A DNA stretch of 49,174 nt, counting the filler, from Stramenopiles sp. TOSAG23-3 (taxonomy: Eukaryota): the NCBI GenBank assembly GCA_900128585.1. It is 4 parts of 4 records of this genome, joined end to end, with 100 filler letters (N's around TTAATTAATTAA, not from the genome) between each part and the next. Parts side by side here need not be neighbours in the genome. Positions count along the whole stretch, not along the records: positions 22,572 to 45,000 come from LT642337.1; 3 more parts are not named here. One strand, 5' to 3'. Shown here piece after piece: positions 29,735 through 40,517 of the stretch. Each line of letters opens with the position of its first letter. Positions within the stretch are counted from its first letter, which is position 1. The notes under the pieces were generated by a model, which saw only the letters and a list, made by a program, of their open reading frames with translations, had not been told where the DNA came from and searched no databases. The position numbers and the translations under genes are program-made.

Positions 29735-32700
29735 TTATTTGTAGTACCGCCTCTGCATGTCTATCATTGGCCCATTCGAAGTCATTTGCACCCTTTTGCG
29801 CTCCTCCTTTATTTTCAAATACAACGGGTGCAGGGCTGCGACCATGGCAAGCCCAACGACAAACGACCCGGCAGCCCATTTTGTAATCCCTTGGGAAAGC
29901 AACTGGGCCTCAGCAGAAACGAATTCTTTTTTCACAGTGATTCCGCAAGCGTTGCCTTGGAATCCTTGGTGGCAGTAACATACGCCGGAACGACAAATAC
30001 CGTGCGATGAGCACTTCGAAGGGCAAACGGCGTGGGGTGGGGCCACAGCCTGTGGCTCTGCACTTTGTTTAGAGGCAGAAAACATTGAAGACACTGCGCT
30101 AGTCACACTCGACAAAACAGACGATCTGCTCGTCTTGAACGTTGGCGTTGAACGCCTTCTATTATTTTTTCGCTTCTTCTTGTACGATTGTTGCTTTCTC
30201 ATTGAAGGAACCTTCTTCTTAAAGCTTGTCGAAATAAGAGTCAAGCTGGCATCGGGCGATGTGGGTGGCAATTGTTTCTTGAAAAATATTTCCATCACGC
30301 GAGTTGCACGAGGAAGCAATAGTTGGTCTTCCACGGCAGTGGTCTGCGCAGCACCCCTGCACTCAACGGCAATGAATAAAACCACAGACCCCAACGGCTG
30401 CGAAGAGAGTTTGTCGGGCGCACCGGCTGCACGCAACATATTATCCGCTTGGGAAGCTAACCGCTTTTTGCCGTTCAACTCTAATAGGGACATTCGAGAC
30501 TTGCCTTCGGGCAACACTTGAATATGAACGTGCTCGCTGCGTACGCCTAAAAAGTTGGCAGTCGCCACGGCCAACGCACTGGCCCACCCTGATGTCAGAG
30601 CCATGACGGTTCGGCTCCTGGTCATTTTCTCTACTGATAATGACATGGTAAAATTGATGGGAATGATATTTTCGCGTGGTCGAGAACAATCTATGTCGCT
30701 AAACCCTTCGTCGCAGTGGCAATAGACGTGCAACGGCGCCTCTTTCAGATCTACTTGCTTTGAGAGCTCTTTTGGGTCCCAGGCTACTTTCGTTTTGCCG
30801 CTGCCCCCAGCTTCTGACTTTTCTAACAGGGACGGTTCTATCGATGCAGGCGGCAAGTCTGCTATTTTTTCTGGGTCCGCACCCGTCGATGCTTCCGCGG
30901 CAAGCATTGTCAATGCTCGTTTGACGGCGTCCGCTTTCGGCGTACCGGCGCACACCCCGTGACCGGAGCATTCGTTCGGGCACACACGGTTCAGGTTGCA
31001 ATTGGTTCCATAATACCCCTCTATACACTCGCAATGCCCATCTTCTCTGCAGCTTCCATGCCCAGCACATTGCAAGAACACCTTGCCCTTCGTGCTTGAA
31101 TTCTTATTACCCCCGGTGTCCAAAAGTGAGGTTGCGTCCCCGTCCAACGCTGTGATTTCGTCTTGAGTAAAATCGTAGTGCAAAAGGTTTTTCAGCTCCG
31201 GCTTGGTCAACGTTTTCTTGTCGCGGTAAACACCGGGGCATGTCACCCGCAAGCTGCAGTCTTTCAAAGTCCAACCATCGGTGCACGCGCACTGAAAGTT
31301 GTTTTTGCAAAACCCGTGCCCCGAGCAATCACTTGGGCAGCGCGTTTTTTCGCTGCAGTCTTCTCCCGTGAATCCAGGGTCGCACGCGCAACTGTGAATC
31401 TTCGAGGCTACGTCTTTGTTCGCAGACTTTGACTTGTACGTCCTGCAGACTCCGTGGCCCGAGCAATCGTTGCCGCCACATACTAGGCTGCCCTTTTGGG
31501 GCTCCAACGTCAGCATGTCGTTGTAGCACTGCTGGGCAAGCAAGCATCCACCGAAAACATACGCGCGGCCATGGACCATGGACACCGAATGGTCTTCTCG
31601 AGGAGTCATGGTCTTATCGTCGGCCCCGCTCACCTTCTCTTCTCGCCATTGCATGTTTCCCAGGTTCAACACGTGCAGGTCACAAAAGCACTTACGCTTT
31701 CCAAAGTTGCACCCCCCCGTGACAAGCAACTCGTTCCCGCGGACGATGGCGCCCATGTCTTCGCGACGACTCGGTGGCGTGCCAGTCGCTGTCCCGACCT
31801 CCCAGGCAAAGGTTTTCAAGTCCAGTACGTAGAGGTCGTTCAAGCAACCACCGTTCATGAAACCGCCAAAGACGTACATTCTGTTGTTAAATATAAACGC
31901 GGTGTGCCCTTCCCTTGCAGATGGTTTTGGGCCGGTGACTGCCGGACGCTGCCAGGCGGACAACGCGGTGTCAAGGACAATCAATTCATCACTGAATCCC
32001 TTCTCCGTGTATCCCCCGAAAATGATAATGTGGGTTCCAAAGCGTACGGCCGAGTGCCCTTCCCGCCCTAGCGGTGGGACCCCCTCTACGTCGACGTGGC
32101 CCCATGCCATACTCAGCTCCTCACCGCTGTTGGGCATGGCCGGGTGTGTGTTCAGGACGTAAACATCGTCTAGGTAGCCTACTTCTGAAGAACCGCCGTA
32201 AACGTACATCAGCGGGCCCACCATGGTAGCCGTGTGGCCCTCACGCTCCACGGGCGGCAGCCCGTCAACTTTCGGCCTCACCCAACTGTGCGTGCGCGTG
32301 TTAAAAATGTTTAAATCGTTGAAGCACCGCTTGTCCAAATAGCACCCACCGAAAACGACGATTAAATCTTCTACTACTGCCGCACTATGCCCTTCGCGTT
32401 TCGGGGGCACGGTGCCCCTCGTCTTCAACTTATTCCACATAAAATTCTTTGCTGGCGCACTATACCCGTTGGTTTTCCGTGTCTTGTTCAAAACGTTCCG
32501 CACCTGCTTCATTTTACCGACCAACCCTGAGTGGACAGAATGGAGCGAATTGTTGGCAAGGACCGCTTTGCTGACCGCATCGAACTTCCTCACGTTGTTG
32601 TTCGTGTCCGACGAAGCTAGCTCCAGCGCCCCTTGCCTCCGTGCGAAACGCATGGAACTTTGGGCACTGGTGTCTTTCACGTCTACGCTTGCAACGTCCG

Positions 32701-32902
32701 AAACAGAGTCGTCGCCTTTGGCGGAATCTGTATCTTGAACGGGCCATTCTCGCGCCAGAGCATTCTGGTCGACATCCCCAAAGGTGAGCCCAAGGCCATC
32801 GTCACCACTATTAGTCCCCAGCACCAACGTGACCATTCCTAGAATCAGGAGGGAACTGCATACCACAAGAGCAGCGCTCTGCCTTGCCTTGCACAACTTC
32901 AT
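29735..32902 (-). CDS. Membrane protein with a Kelch beta-propeller, tenascin-type EGF repeats and a C-terminal TM helix
   Basis: N-terminal hydrophobic segment; six kelch repeats (PPKREGHSAAVVEDLIVVFGG etc.); EGF repeats CSGHGxC...CxCxxGxxGxxC; TM WAAGSFVVGLAMVAALHPLYL; first ATG 32902. Confidence 0.88.
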   Translation of the reverse strand: MKLCKARQSAALVVCSSLLILGMVTLVLGTNSGDDGLGLTFGDVDQNALAREWPVQDTDSAKGDDSVSDVASVDVKDTSAQSSMRFARRQGALELASSDTNNNVRKFDAVSKAVLANNSLHSVHSGLVGKMKQVRNVLNKTRKTNGYSAPAKNFMWNKLKTRGTVPPKREGHSAAVVEDLIVVFGGCYLDKRCFNDLNIFNTRTHSWVRPKVDGLPPVEREGHTATMVGPLMYVYGGSSEVGYLDDVYVLNTHPAMPNSGEELSMAWGHVDVEGVPPLGREGHSAVRFGTHIIIFGGYTEKGFSDELIVLDTALSAWQRPAVTGPKPSAREGHTAFIFNNRMYVFGGFMNGGCLNDLYVLDLKTFAWEVGTATGTPPSRREDMGAIVRGNELLVTGGCNFGKRKCFCDLHVLNLGNMQWREEKVSGADDKTMTPREDHSVSMVHGRAYVFGGCLLAQQCYNDMLTLEPQKGSLVCGGNDCSGHGVCRTYKSKSANKDVASKIHSCACDPGFTGEDCSEKTRCPSDCSGHGFCKNNFQCACTDGWTLKDCSLRVTCPGVYRDKKTLTKPELKNLLHYDFTQDEITALDGDATSLLDTGGNKNSSTKGKVFLQCAGHGSCREDGHCECIEGYYGTNCNLNRVCPNECSGHGVCAGTPKADAVKRALTMLAAEASTGADPEKIADLPPASIEPSLLEKSEAGGSGKTKVAWDPKELSKQVDLKEAPLHVYCHCDEGFSDIDCSRPRENIIPINFTMSLSVEKMTRSRTVMALTSGWASALAVATANFLGVRSEHVHIQVLPEGKSRMSLLELNGKKRLASQADNMLRAAGAPDKLSSQPLGSVVLFIAVECRGAAQTTAVEDQLLLPRATRVMEIFFKKQLPPTSPDASLTLISTSFKKKVPSMRKQQSYKKKRKNNRRRSTPTFKTSRSSVLSSVTSAVSSMFSASKQSAEPQAVAPPHAVCPSKCSSHGICRSGVCYCHQGFQGNACGITVKKEFVSAEAQLLSQGITKWAAGSFVVGLAMVAALHPLYLKIKEERKRVQMTSNGPMIDMQRRYYK

Positions 32903-33522
32903 GCTGCTCAACTTCACTGCGAAACGTTAAGAAGCAAAACTTGTTATGAAGAACACGATGCCCTATTTCGTAAACAGTGACCAGACTGTTCGTTTCTAAG
33001 AAAGATCTCCAGACGTGTATAGGTCTTGGAATACGCACCACTTCTTTCATCAAGTGTGATACAAAACAAATATAGTAGTGCATTCATTTATAATTATTAT
33101 AGTGGTTTCTCATTAATAGAGAAGAAATAAAAATACCTGCCTCCTTTCTTCTTTTGTTCATCGTTTGCAGTGGTATGTTCCTCTGGTATGCTATAGCGAA
33201 GTAAGTAAAAAGTTCCCCCTTTTTTTTCTCGTTTTTCATCCCAAAGGAAAGAAAAACTGTCCTTCTCATTATTATGATGCTTAGTAAATATTATACTTAT
33301 ATTGTTTTTACTATACATATTTATATATATTAATACAGTATTGAAAATATTCAAATTCCTATGTAATATATAAACACAAATCCTCACCTCTTCTTTAGTA
33401 TAAATAGTAGAATAGTATACGGACTACCGGTACAGTAGTAAATTAAAAATATTATACTAATTTATTACATTCCTTCCTTCTTTATTAGTCCTATCGATAG
33501 TCTAATCGGTCGGTCCTGCTTA

Positions 33523-33752
33523 TCCTTCCTTCCTTCCTTCCTTCCTTGCTTGCTTCCTTCCTTCCTTCCTTTCCTTCCTTCCTTCCTTCTTTCCTTCCTT
33601 CCTTCCTTCTTTCCTTCCTTCCTTTCCTTCCTTCCTTCTTTCCTTCCTTCCTTTCCTTCCTTCCTTCTTTCCTTCCTTCCTTTCCTTCCTTCCTTCCTTC
33701 TTTCCTTCCTTCCTTTCCTTCCTTCCTTCCTTCCTTCCTTCCTTCCTTCCTC
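33523..33752 (+). repeat. (CCTT/CTTT)n polypyrimidine microsatellite
   Basis: Direct reading; source of several spurious ORFs in the track. Confidence 0.97.
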
Positions 33753-34560
33753 TATTTTGAAACAACCATTTTGCCACATTTGAACTCTCTGTCGTTTTCT
33801 GTTTTTCATACATAGTAGAAGGAAGGATCATTATGTACATATTAATGTACACTTATTATAGTCGTCTAGGATCTAGGAGCTAATTTCACTCTTCAATTAT
33901 TTAGAAGAAAGACTAAAATAAAATATTATTATTTTTACTGTGCCTTGGTACCTGTACCGTACCTGTCTGTATTAATACCTGTACCGGAATAAGAAAGAAG
34001 AAAGAAGAAAGCACGCATTTTCTTCTTTTCTGTTACACAACAGACAACAGAACTCTGTGGTTTCTCTTTTGTTTTCATACCTTGGTATACATAGTAGCGT
34101 CAATATAATACCTACTATTTATCATAGGACTACTACTGTGGCATATGATTCTAAATTTAGAATGTTAAAATTAAAAACAGACACACTGGTACAGGACACA
34201 GGACAGTACACAGACGCTTTTTCGATCTCTTCTTCTATATTATTTAGTAGTTAATAGAGCTAATAGATAATCAAATTATTTTATTACAGCACACTTTTAT
34301 AATATAATATTAATAATGTGATAGCGTAGTAGTTGTGTAGTGACTTTGGTTCGTTACTTACTACTACCACTTCGTTTTATACAAACTGTCCGTCTGGACT
34401 TGGACGCGGAAGCACAAAGGACACTTTTACAAACATTTAAAGATAGTAGCGAATCATTTGTCTATATTTTACACGCAAATATATACGTATACCTTACGAT
34501 AGTAGTATTTTCATTGTGTAGGCCAGTCTGCGTATAGTGAAACCCAACGTCTCTGTCACC

Positions 34561-34869
34561 ATGTCAGGCACTCAAATGCTGCAACGCCGTCAGAAGGACG
34601 AGCAAGTACGCGCCACTATCCATCAGAAACTGATCGATACTGGAGAGAAAGATCGGTTGAAGAATCTACTACGCGCAAAGTTAGAAGAGTGTGGGTGGAG
34701 GGATGAACTGAAGAATTACTGCAAGGAAGTTATAAAAAACAAGGGATTAGAACGAATTACCGTTGAAGAGTTGGTAGCAGAGATTACCCCGCGTGGAAGG
34801 GCCACCGTTCCGGCGGCTATCAAGTCGGAACTATTGCAACGAATTCGAAAGTTTTTGACACAAAACTAA
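34561..34869 (+). CDS. ENY2: Transcription and mRNA export factor ENY2/Sus1
   Basis: [32 protein letters not shown]...[28 protein letters not shown] 34561. Confidence 0.96.
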   Translation: MSGTQMLQRRQKDEQVRATIHQKLIDTGEKDRLKNLLRAKLEECGWRDELKNYCKEVIKNKGLERITVEELVAEITPRGRATVPAAIKSELLQRIRKFLTQN

Positions 34870-35042
34870 ACCTCTAGTGCGGTGGAGGCGTTGTGTCTTG
34901 TTGGAGTGGAATTTTGGTGCATAACCCCTGGCTTTTTTTTATGTAATTAATTTGTCAAAAAGAGGCATAATAATAATATGTTTTTTTTAATAAATAGGAG
35001 TATTTAGTATTTATAAAGACCATTGTATCATAATTGATATAT

Positions 35043-35097
35043 AAAATGAGAGTCTTAAAGCATAAGATATATGTTGTAGTATAATTTGTTTTTTTAT
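35043..35097 (-). repeat. Dispersed 3'-end element A, copy downstream of the DHX57-like gene
   Basis: 21/23 match to the core plus the ACAAATTATA block, with a longer spacer between them. Confidence 0.85.
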
Positions 35098-35136
35098 AAA
35101 AACCAAAGTATTAAATTATAAAGGCTACCCAGCCGG

Positions 35137-38100
35137 TCACATTCCGCTCGATCGCAGCAATAGCAAAATAGCGTCTATTATCGGGCTGTTGCTCAAGGAG
35201 AGGGATGGGTCTTCAATTTTCTCAATCAGTAACTTATCCAAAGCTTTCCGCAACTCCCGTACCAAAACTCCAATGCGAGCAGGGGCTTGAAAGTACATCC
35301 AGTTGTCCATCACCAGCTTGCTTTTCTCGTGCAAAATATCTATAGCGCCACCGAACAAAAGCAACGCATACGGGGGCACAACACTGGCATCTCGCAGAAA
35401 AACTTTCGACGTGCGTACTTTTTGAAAGTATACGAGCCAAGGAATGTTGTAGGATGTGGAACCCTGCTTGAAGAGAGCGGATGAAGGGTGCAAAAACACC
35501 CTCTGGTTCAAGCTCATGGTGTTTCTGGACCCTTTCGACGGGTCCTCTTGCACTTCTTTCTTCTTCTCCTCGACTTCGGCGTCGTTCATTTTGCAGAAAA
35601 GCTTGATTTCTCTGGCTGCAGAACTTTTTTCAAAGGCCCCGCCATTTACTTCCTGGTACCTCTTCTCAGGCAGCTGCACTCGGACAACATTTGGGTACAT
35701 CCCTGCGCAAAGCGCCGCTTTAAGAACATTGTAGTCCATCTGCACCTCAGGGTCTTTGTCCAGGCGTGAAGTGTCCTTCTTATACAATAGCCGTGCCATG
35801 TCTCTGCCACTACCGACAAAACCTGCATCGTTCAGTGCACGCGCTAGCTGGCTCCGCAAATCTTTAATTTGGCGCATCCCTTCGTTGTGCAAGCCATGTT
35901 CCGTGCAATAAGACCTACGCTCGCCTTCACGGGTGCAATCTTTGTATCCTTCAAATGCACGGAGAATCGCAATATGATCGCTCATCAAACGTCCTCCTCC
36001 AAACTTCATCTTGGCTTCATCTGCCACAGGGTCTTGCAAAAATGGGGAACGGGTACACATTGCAGCGGCAATTGTCAAAATCTGTGACGGGCAACGCAAA
36101 ATTGCCCCATAAATGAGCATTTTTCCCACCTGCGCGTCGACTGGCATAGACGCCAAATGCTGGCCGAGCGGAGTCAACGAGCTCTTGTCTTTGAATGCAT
36201 TCAGTTCCCGCAAATGCCGAATGGCGCTTATAACTGATTTTGTACTCGGTGGCTCGATCACTTTCGACAAAAACTCCTTCGGCTTTCCAAGTTCCAAGTA
36301 CCTTATCTGAAGGCAAAGCCGTTCCAACGGCGTTCGGTGTATTTCGGGGGATTGGTGCGCTGAAAAACTGTCCAGCTGGCTTTTGCTAAAAAGTCGTAGG
36401 CAATGGCCAGGACGAACGCGGCCTGCGCGGCCACGTCGCTGCCTTGCATTCGCTTTTGACACCCACGTCTCTACCAAACACGACATTCGGTTGTATGGGT
36501 CATACTGCATTTCTTTCATCCGGCCGCTGTCGATGACAAAAACGCAATCGTCAATTGTAATACTAGTTTCTGCAACATTTGTCGATACAACCACTTTTCG
36601 CATCCCACGTTTGGGGCGCTGAAATACTCGGTTTTGGTCGTAGCTCGATAATGAACCATGCAGCGGCAAAATCCACAAGTCGTGGAGTCTATTTTGTGCC
36701 TGAGCCAGTCTCTTGGTGGCCTCAATGGCACGATTAATCTCCATAGTCCCAGACATAAAGACTAAAATAGCCCCGTCGTCGTTCGTGTCCAGGCCAATAT
36801 GGTCGGCGTACATTACTGCCTTTGCGACCAAGTTGTAGTCTGTTTTCCCTTTCACTTTTCGCCCATTTGATTTTCTGTTGTTTTGCCCGTAGCTGCCATG
36901 CCTGTTCTCCCCTACCTTGACGTTGTAAACCTTCTCGTCTTCATACTCGTTTGCCGCAGTGGCAGCTTTCGATACGTTTTTTGAGGAATCCGTTCCATTC
37001 GCATCTCCGTCAGATGTACGCAGACCTTCCAAGATTTCTTCTAGGTAGTGCTCCTTTACAGGATGGACAAATCCGGGAATCTTTACCACTGGAGCCTTGA
37101 CACTTCCAAAATAATTCACAAACAGGGAAGTGTCCATTGTAGCACTCATCAAAATAATTTTCAAATCCTTGCGAACCTTGATGATTTCCTTCAAAATAGC
37201 CAGCAGAAAGTCGGTGTCTACATCTCGCTCGTGCACTTCATCAACAAGTATGTGCGTGACTCCCTCGACGGTGCGGTCCCCGTGCAAGCGCCGCAGCAAT
37301 ATTCCAGTTGTACAGAAGGTTAACCTAGTTTTGCGAGGGTCAACTTTTTTGTCCATTCGGACTTGGTACCCGATTGTGCTGCCTAAAGGAGAACATTGCT
37401 CATCGGCTACCCGTCCAGCAACGCCGATGGCAGCCAAACGCCGAGGCTGAGTGCATATGATGTTTACATCACCGCCTTTACCGTTTGATATGTAATGGTC
37501 CAAAATGAATTGGGGAACCTGCGTCGTCTTCCCGCAACCTGTTTCTCCACTTATGAGGACTACTTGATTTTTGGCTACGGCACGCAGCACCTCTTTGTCC
37601 TGTTTCCACGCCGGCAACCTTGACCGTGCCGTCATCATTCGTTTGTACGCGGACGACGATGACTTTCGCTCGGCATACTCATTGGACAATTCAATAGAAA
37701 GCTTGGCGCGCTCTTGCTTGGACATTTTCCTCCGCTTCCAGTGACGCTTTCGTTTGTGAATCACTTTTGATGGTCTACCGTCCGCTTCTGTGGCATTCGG
37801 CTCTGGCGCCATGTCGGTCCTGTACCTATTGTTGAAAGTACTAGGCTGGGATACCGACGGGTACCGGTTGGCTTTTTTGTTCTGAGCAGGAGCTTGGCCC
37901 TCGGACATTAAAACTTTAAAGTCTTCTGACTGTGTCCATAGACTACATTCGTACATGACTAACTGTCCTTGCAACTCCTTTACTTGCTGGCTAAGACCGT
38001 GCGTAATGGTCTTGCACTGATCGTGAGTCCATTTATCACACGAAAGAGTCGCGACAGGATAATCGGACGGATAATTGACGTTCGCCATTATACGTAATTG

Positions 38101-39894
38101 CAACAAGTATCCTTCCGGGTCTGTTTTCAACGACATAATCCGGGTTCCGTCGCTTTCCGCAGAAAAGGAAAAGTTCTCTCCGTACATGGACTCCATCACT
38201 TCAATTTCGTCTTGCAGCATACTTGCCCCAAGATCTCCATCGTCGGCCGTGGGAGCAGCGTCGTCGCCGATCAACTGCAAGAACAATTTCCGCAACGCGA
38301 GTTCAGTATTGCCTTGGCACTCCCCAAGTGCTTCACGACAAGGATCTACGTCAAAGCCGTGCTCGTACAAAAACTCCTCTTCTTCGGTCTGGCACGTACT
38401 TGGCTCTTTTCTTTTTTTCAGTTTGCGTGGCTGCTCTTTGTCATACCGAACAACGTCCAGCTGCTTCCCGCGGGCATCGAAATTTTTCGGCAAGTCGTCT
38501 TCATCCAAGTTCAAAGTTAACCAATCCAGTGCGTCCGTGTATATATTGCTGCATTTAACTAGTGCCTTCTTCGCGTGCTTTTGTTTGAAACCAATTTTTT
38601 CTAAATTTTTTACATTGTCTCGAAACATGGGATCATCCTCTAGCAATGCCGCAATGGCTTCGTTGCTCTCCCTGCTCTGACTACCATTGCTATTTATGAA
38701 AGACTTTAAAATATCCTCAACCAAACGGCGATGTTTGTCGCTCATGTACACGCGCGCGTCCTGGTTCGCATACGCCAAGTTTTCGCGGGTTTGGCGTTTC
38801 TTAGCTCGCTCTTCATCGCGTTTTCTCCGTGTAATATTCCGCTCCTGATTTGAAACAAACTTCAACGAAGATGTCAGTGACACCGCCGCCGATGCCTCGA
38901 TCAACACTTTCTTCTTTGGACGCTTGGTTGCGGGTGTCAGGGCGACGACCGAGGGCACAGCGGGCGCTTTGCTTCCAAGTTTTTTCGCCACGGATGCTTC
39001 GTGCTGTTCTACCAGAATGTTCCTTCTGTACTGGTGGATTCCGCGTCGAAAACGCTTTATTTCGAGTTCTTTCAATCCGTAGTCTAGTAGCGCGTCCTTG
39101 TCTTGCTCCATTTTCTCGTCCAATAGCTGCTTTACATCTCTGTAGCCATTCGCTGTGAAACAGGAAATGTACTGTCCCAAATTAATACTCTTTAACCAAT
39201 TCGCCAATTCGTCCTCACTGTTACCTTTTTTCTCTGTCTCCCCACTGACAACCTTTGCAACGCCCTTTGTTTTCTTCTTTTTTGTCGCGTTTTGCAGGTC
39301 TTCTGCAAGTTTGGCCTCTGCCGCTTTGCGGGACTCTTCTTCTTCCTGTTTTATTTTCCACGCAGCTTTCTTCTTCCCCTTCTTGTTCAATGGAACCGAG
39401 GAGGCTGATGCAGCAGCAGAGTCTGCGCGGCCCACAAGCTGCAGCCACATTGTACGGTAAGGCTCCGGTAATTTTCGTTCGTGGGGAATGGATTCCCCTA
39501 AATGTTTGAGTGCCAGCAACGCAACTGCGTGCTCTGCCTCCAGCGTACTCTTAAAACCTTGTTCTGTCAAAAATTTCAACGATTTTTCCTTTTTCTTTGG
39601 GTCGGGCAGAGTCAACCAGACCCTGCAGGTCCCACTACCACCCGGTTTTGCAGGCTTTCCGTTCGCCTTGTTGTACCACGGCCTCGGTCGCTTCTGTTTC
39701 TGACAATACTCATGCACAAGTTGTTTCGGTGTCCTTTGCCATTCTTTCATTGCTACTCCAGCGACAACAATTGTCCCTTTCCCTGTCTGCGCAGTGCCAG
39801 CCCCTTTTTGGCGGTGACCACGGGCCCGTCGCTTGGGCGCAGCGGCGGCTGGTGCAGGCGGCGGTGCTGCCGGCGCGCTTTTTTTCTTTCCCAT
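35137..39894 (-). CDS. DHX57: DExH-box RNA helicase, DHX57/DHX29/YLR419W-like (dsRBD-like, SAM, UBA, RWD, helicase, HA2, OB)
   Basis: GETGCGKTTQVPQF, TQPRRLAA, DEVHER, MSATM, STNVAETSITI, QRRGRAGR; N-terminal TPKQLVHEYCQK; UBA ALDWLTLNLDEDDLP; RWD DEIEVMESMY...NYP; first ATG 39894. Confidence 0.92.
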   Translation of the reverse strand: MGKKKSAPAAPPPAPAAAAPKRRARGHRQKGAGTAQTGKGTIVVAGVAMKEWQRTPKQLVHEYCQKQKRPRPWYNKANGKPAKPGGSGTCRVWLTLPDPKKKEKSLKFLTEQGFKSTLEAEHAVALLALKHLGESIPHERKLPEPYRTMWLQLVGRADSAAASASSVPLNKKGKKKAAWKIKQEEEESRKAAEAKLAEDLQNATKKKKTKGVAKVVSGETEKKGNSEDELANWLKSINLGQYISCFTANGYRDVKQLLDEKMEQDKDALLDYGLKELEIKRFRRGIHQYRRNILVEQHEASVAKKLGSKAPAVPSVVALTPATKRPKKKVLIEASAAVSLTSSLKFVSNQERNITRRKRDEERAKKRQTRENLAYANQDARVYMSDKHRRLVEDILKSFINSNGSQSRESNEAIAALLEDDPMFRDNVKNLEKIGFKQKHAKKALVKCSNIYTDALDWLTLNLDEDDLPKNFDARGKQLDVVRYDKEQPRKLKKRKEPSTCQTEEEEFLYEHGFDVDPCREALGECQGNTELALRKLFLQLIGDDAAPTADDGDLGASMLQDEIEVMESMYGENFSFSAESDGTRIMSLKTDPEGYLLQLRIMANVNYPSDYPVATLSCDKWTHDQCKTITHGLSQQVKELQGQLVMYECSLWTQSEDFKVLMSEGQAPAQNKKANRYPSVSQPSTFNNRYRTDMAPEPNATEADGRPSKVIHKRKRHWKRRKMSKQERAKLSIELSNEYAERKSSSSAYKRMMTARSRLPAWKQDKEVLRAVAKNQVVLISGETGCGKTTQVPQFILDHYISNGKGGDVNIICTQPRRLAAIGVAGRVADEQCSPLGSTIGYQVRMDKKVDPRKTRLTFCTTGILLRRLHGDRTVEGVTHILVDEVHERDVDTDFLLAILKEIIKVRKDLKIILMSATMDTSLFVNYFGSVKAPVVKIPGFVHPVKEHYLEEILEGLRTSDGDANGTDSSKNVSKAATAANEYEDEKVYNVKVGENRHGSYGQNNRKSNGRKVKGKTDYNLVAKAVMYADHIGLDTNDDGAILVFMSGTMEINRAIEATKRLAQAQNRLHDLWILPLHGSLSSYDQNRVFQRPKRGMRKVVVSTNVAETSITIDDCVFVIDSGRMKEMQYDPYNRMSCLVETWVSKANARQRRGRAGRVRPGHCLRLFSKSQLDSFSAHQSPEIHRTPLERLCLQIRYLELGKPKEFLSKVIEPPSTKSVISAIRHLRELNAFKDKSSLTPLGQHLASMPVDAQVGKMLIYGAILRCPSQILTIAAAMCTRSPFLQDPVADEAKMKFGGGRLMSDHIAILRAFEGYKDCTREGERRSYCTEHGLHNEGMRQIKDLRSQLARALNDAGFVGSGRDMARLLYKKDTSRLDKDPEVQMDYNVLKAALCAGMYPNVVRVQLPEKRYQEVNGGAFEKSSAAREIKLFCKMNDAEVEEKKKEVQEDPSKGSRNTMSLNQRVFLHPSSALFKQGSTSYNIPWLVYFQKVRTSKVFLRDASVVPPYALLLFGGAIDILHEKSKLVMDNWMYFQAPARIGVLVRELRKALDKLLIEKIEDPSLSLSNSPIIDAILLLLRSSGM

Positions 39895-40517
39895 TTCTCT
39901 TCTTTTTTGCCCGTGCGTTTGTCGCTGTCGTACTAACAAAAACTCTGTTCAGAATTGATAACTCGAAAACATTGGTGGGCTATTCTTCCAATGGGCAGTT
40001 GTTAATTTATTTCATTATAAACCTAGCAAAAACACTCTGGCTACCTTTTGTTCAAGAGGAAACAAATTCGAAGTTGTCATTGTTGTTTGTGTTCTTGTTG
40101 TTGGTTTTTTTTGTGGCATTTTATATTGTGTGGATGTGCTACTATTATTACATTGTATAGTTATATCGGCGGTGGTCGGACTGGCGATGATTGGTTAGTA
40201 CCGTACTACCGTAGTACTAGGTAAGTACACTACACTATATATATTATTATAATATTATTTTATTTATTATTATTATTGATTTATTATTATTATTATTGTG
40301 TGATTATTATTATTGGTGGATGGATTTGATTTTTGGGTTACCCGTTTGGTATATTATAAGCCAAATCTCAACGCGTGTTACCTGTATGGTTCAAATTGAT
40401 AAGATTGAAAAAGAGTAGTCTTCTTCTTCATGAGAGGAGATATTCTCAGAAGTATTTTAATCCGCTGAAATGGTAATTTTGCACTTGGATTAGTAACTTC
40501 TACGTCGATAGTTCGAA

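Noticed and set aside
33465-33852. ORFs of RKEG or LPSF repeats
   Set aside because: Translations of the (CCTT)n microsatellite.
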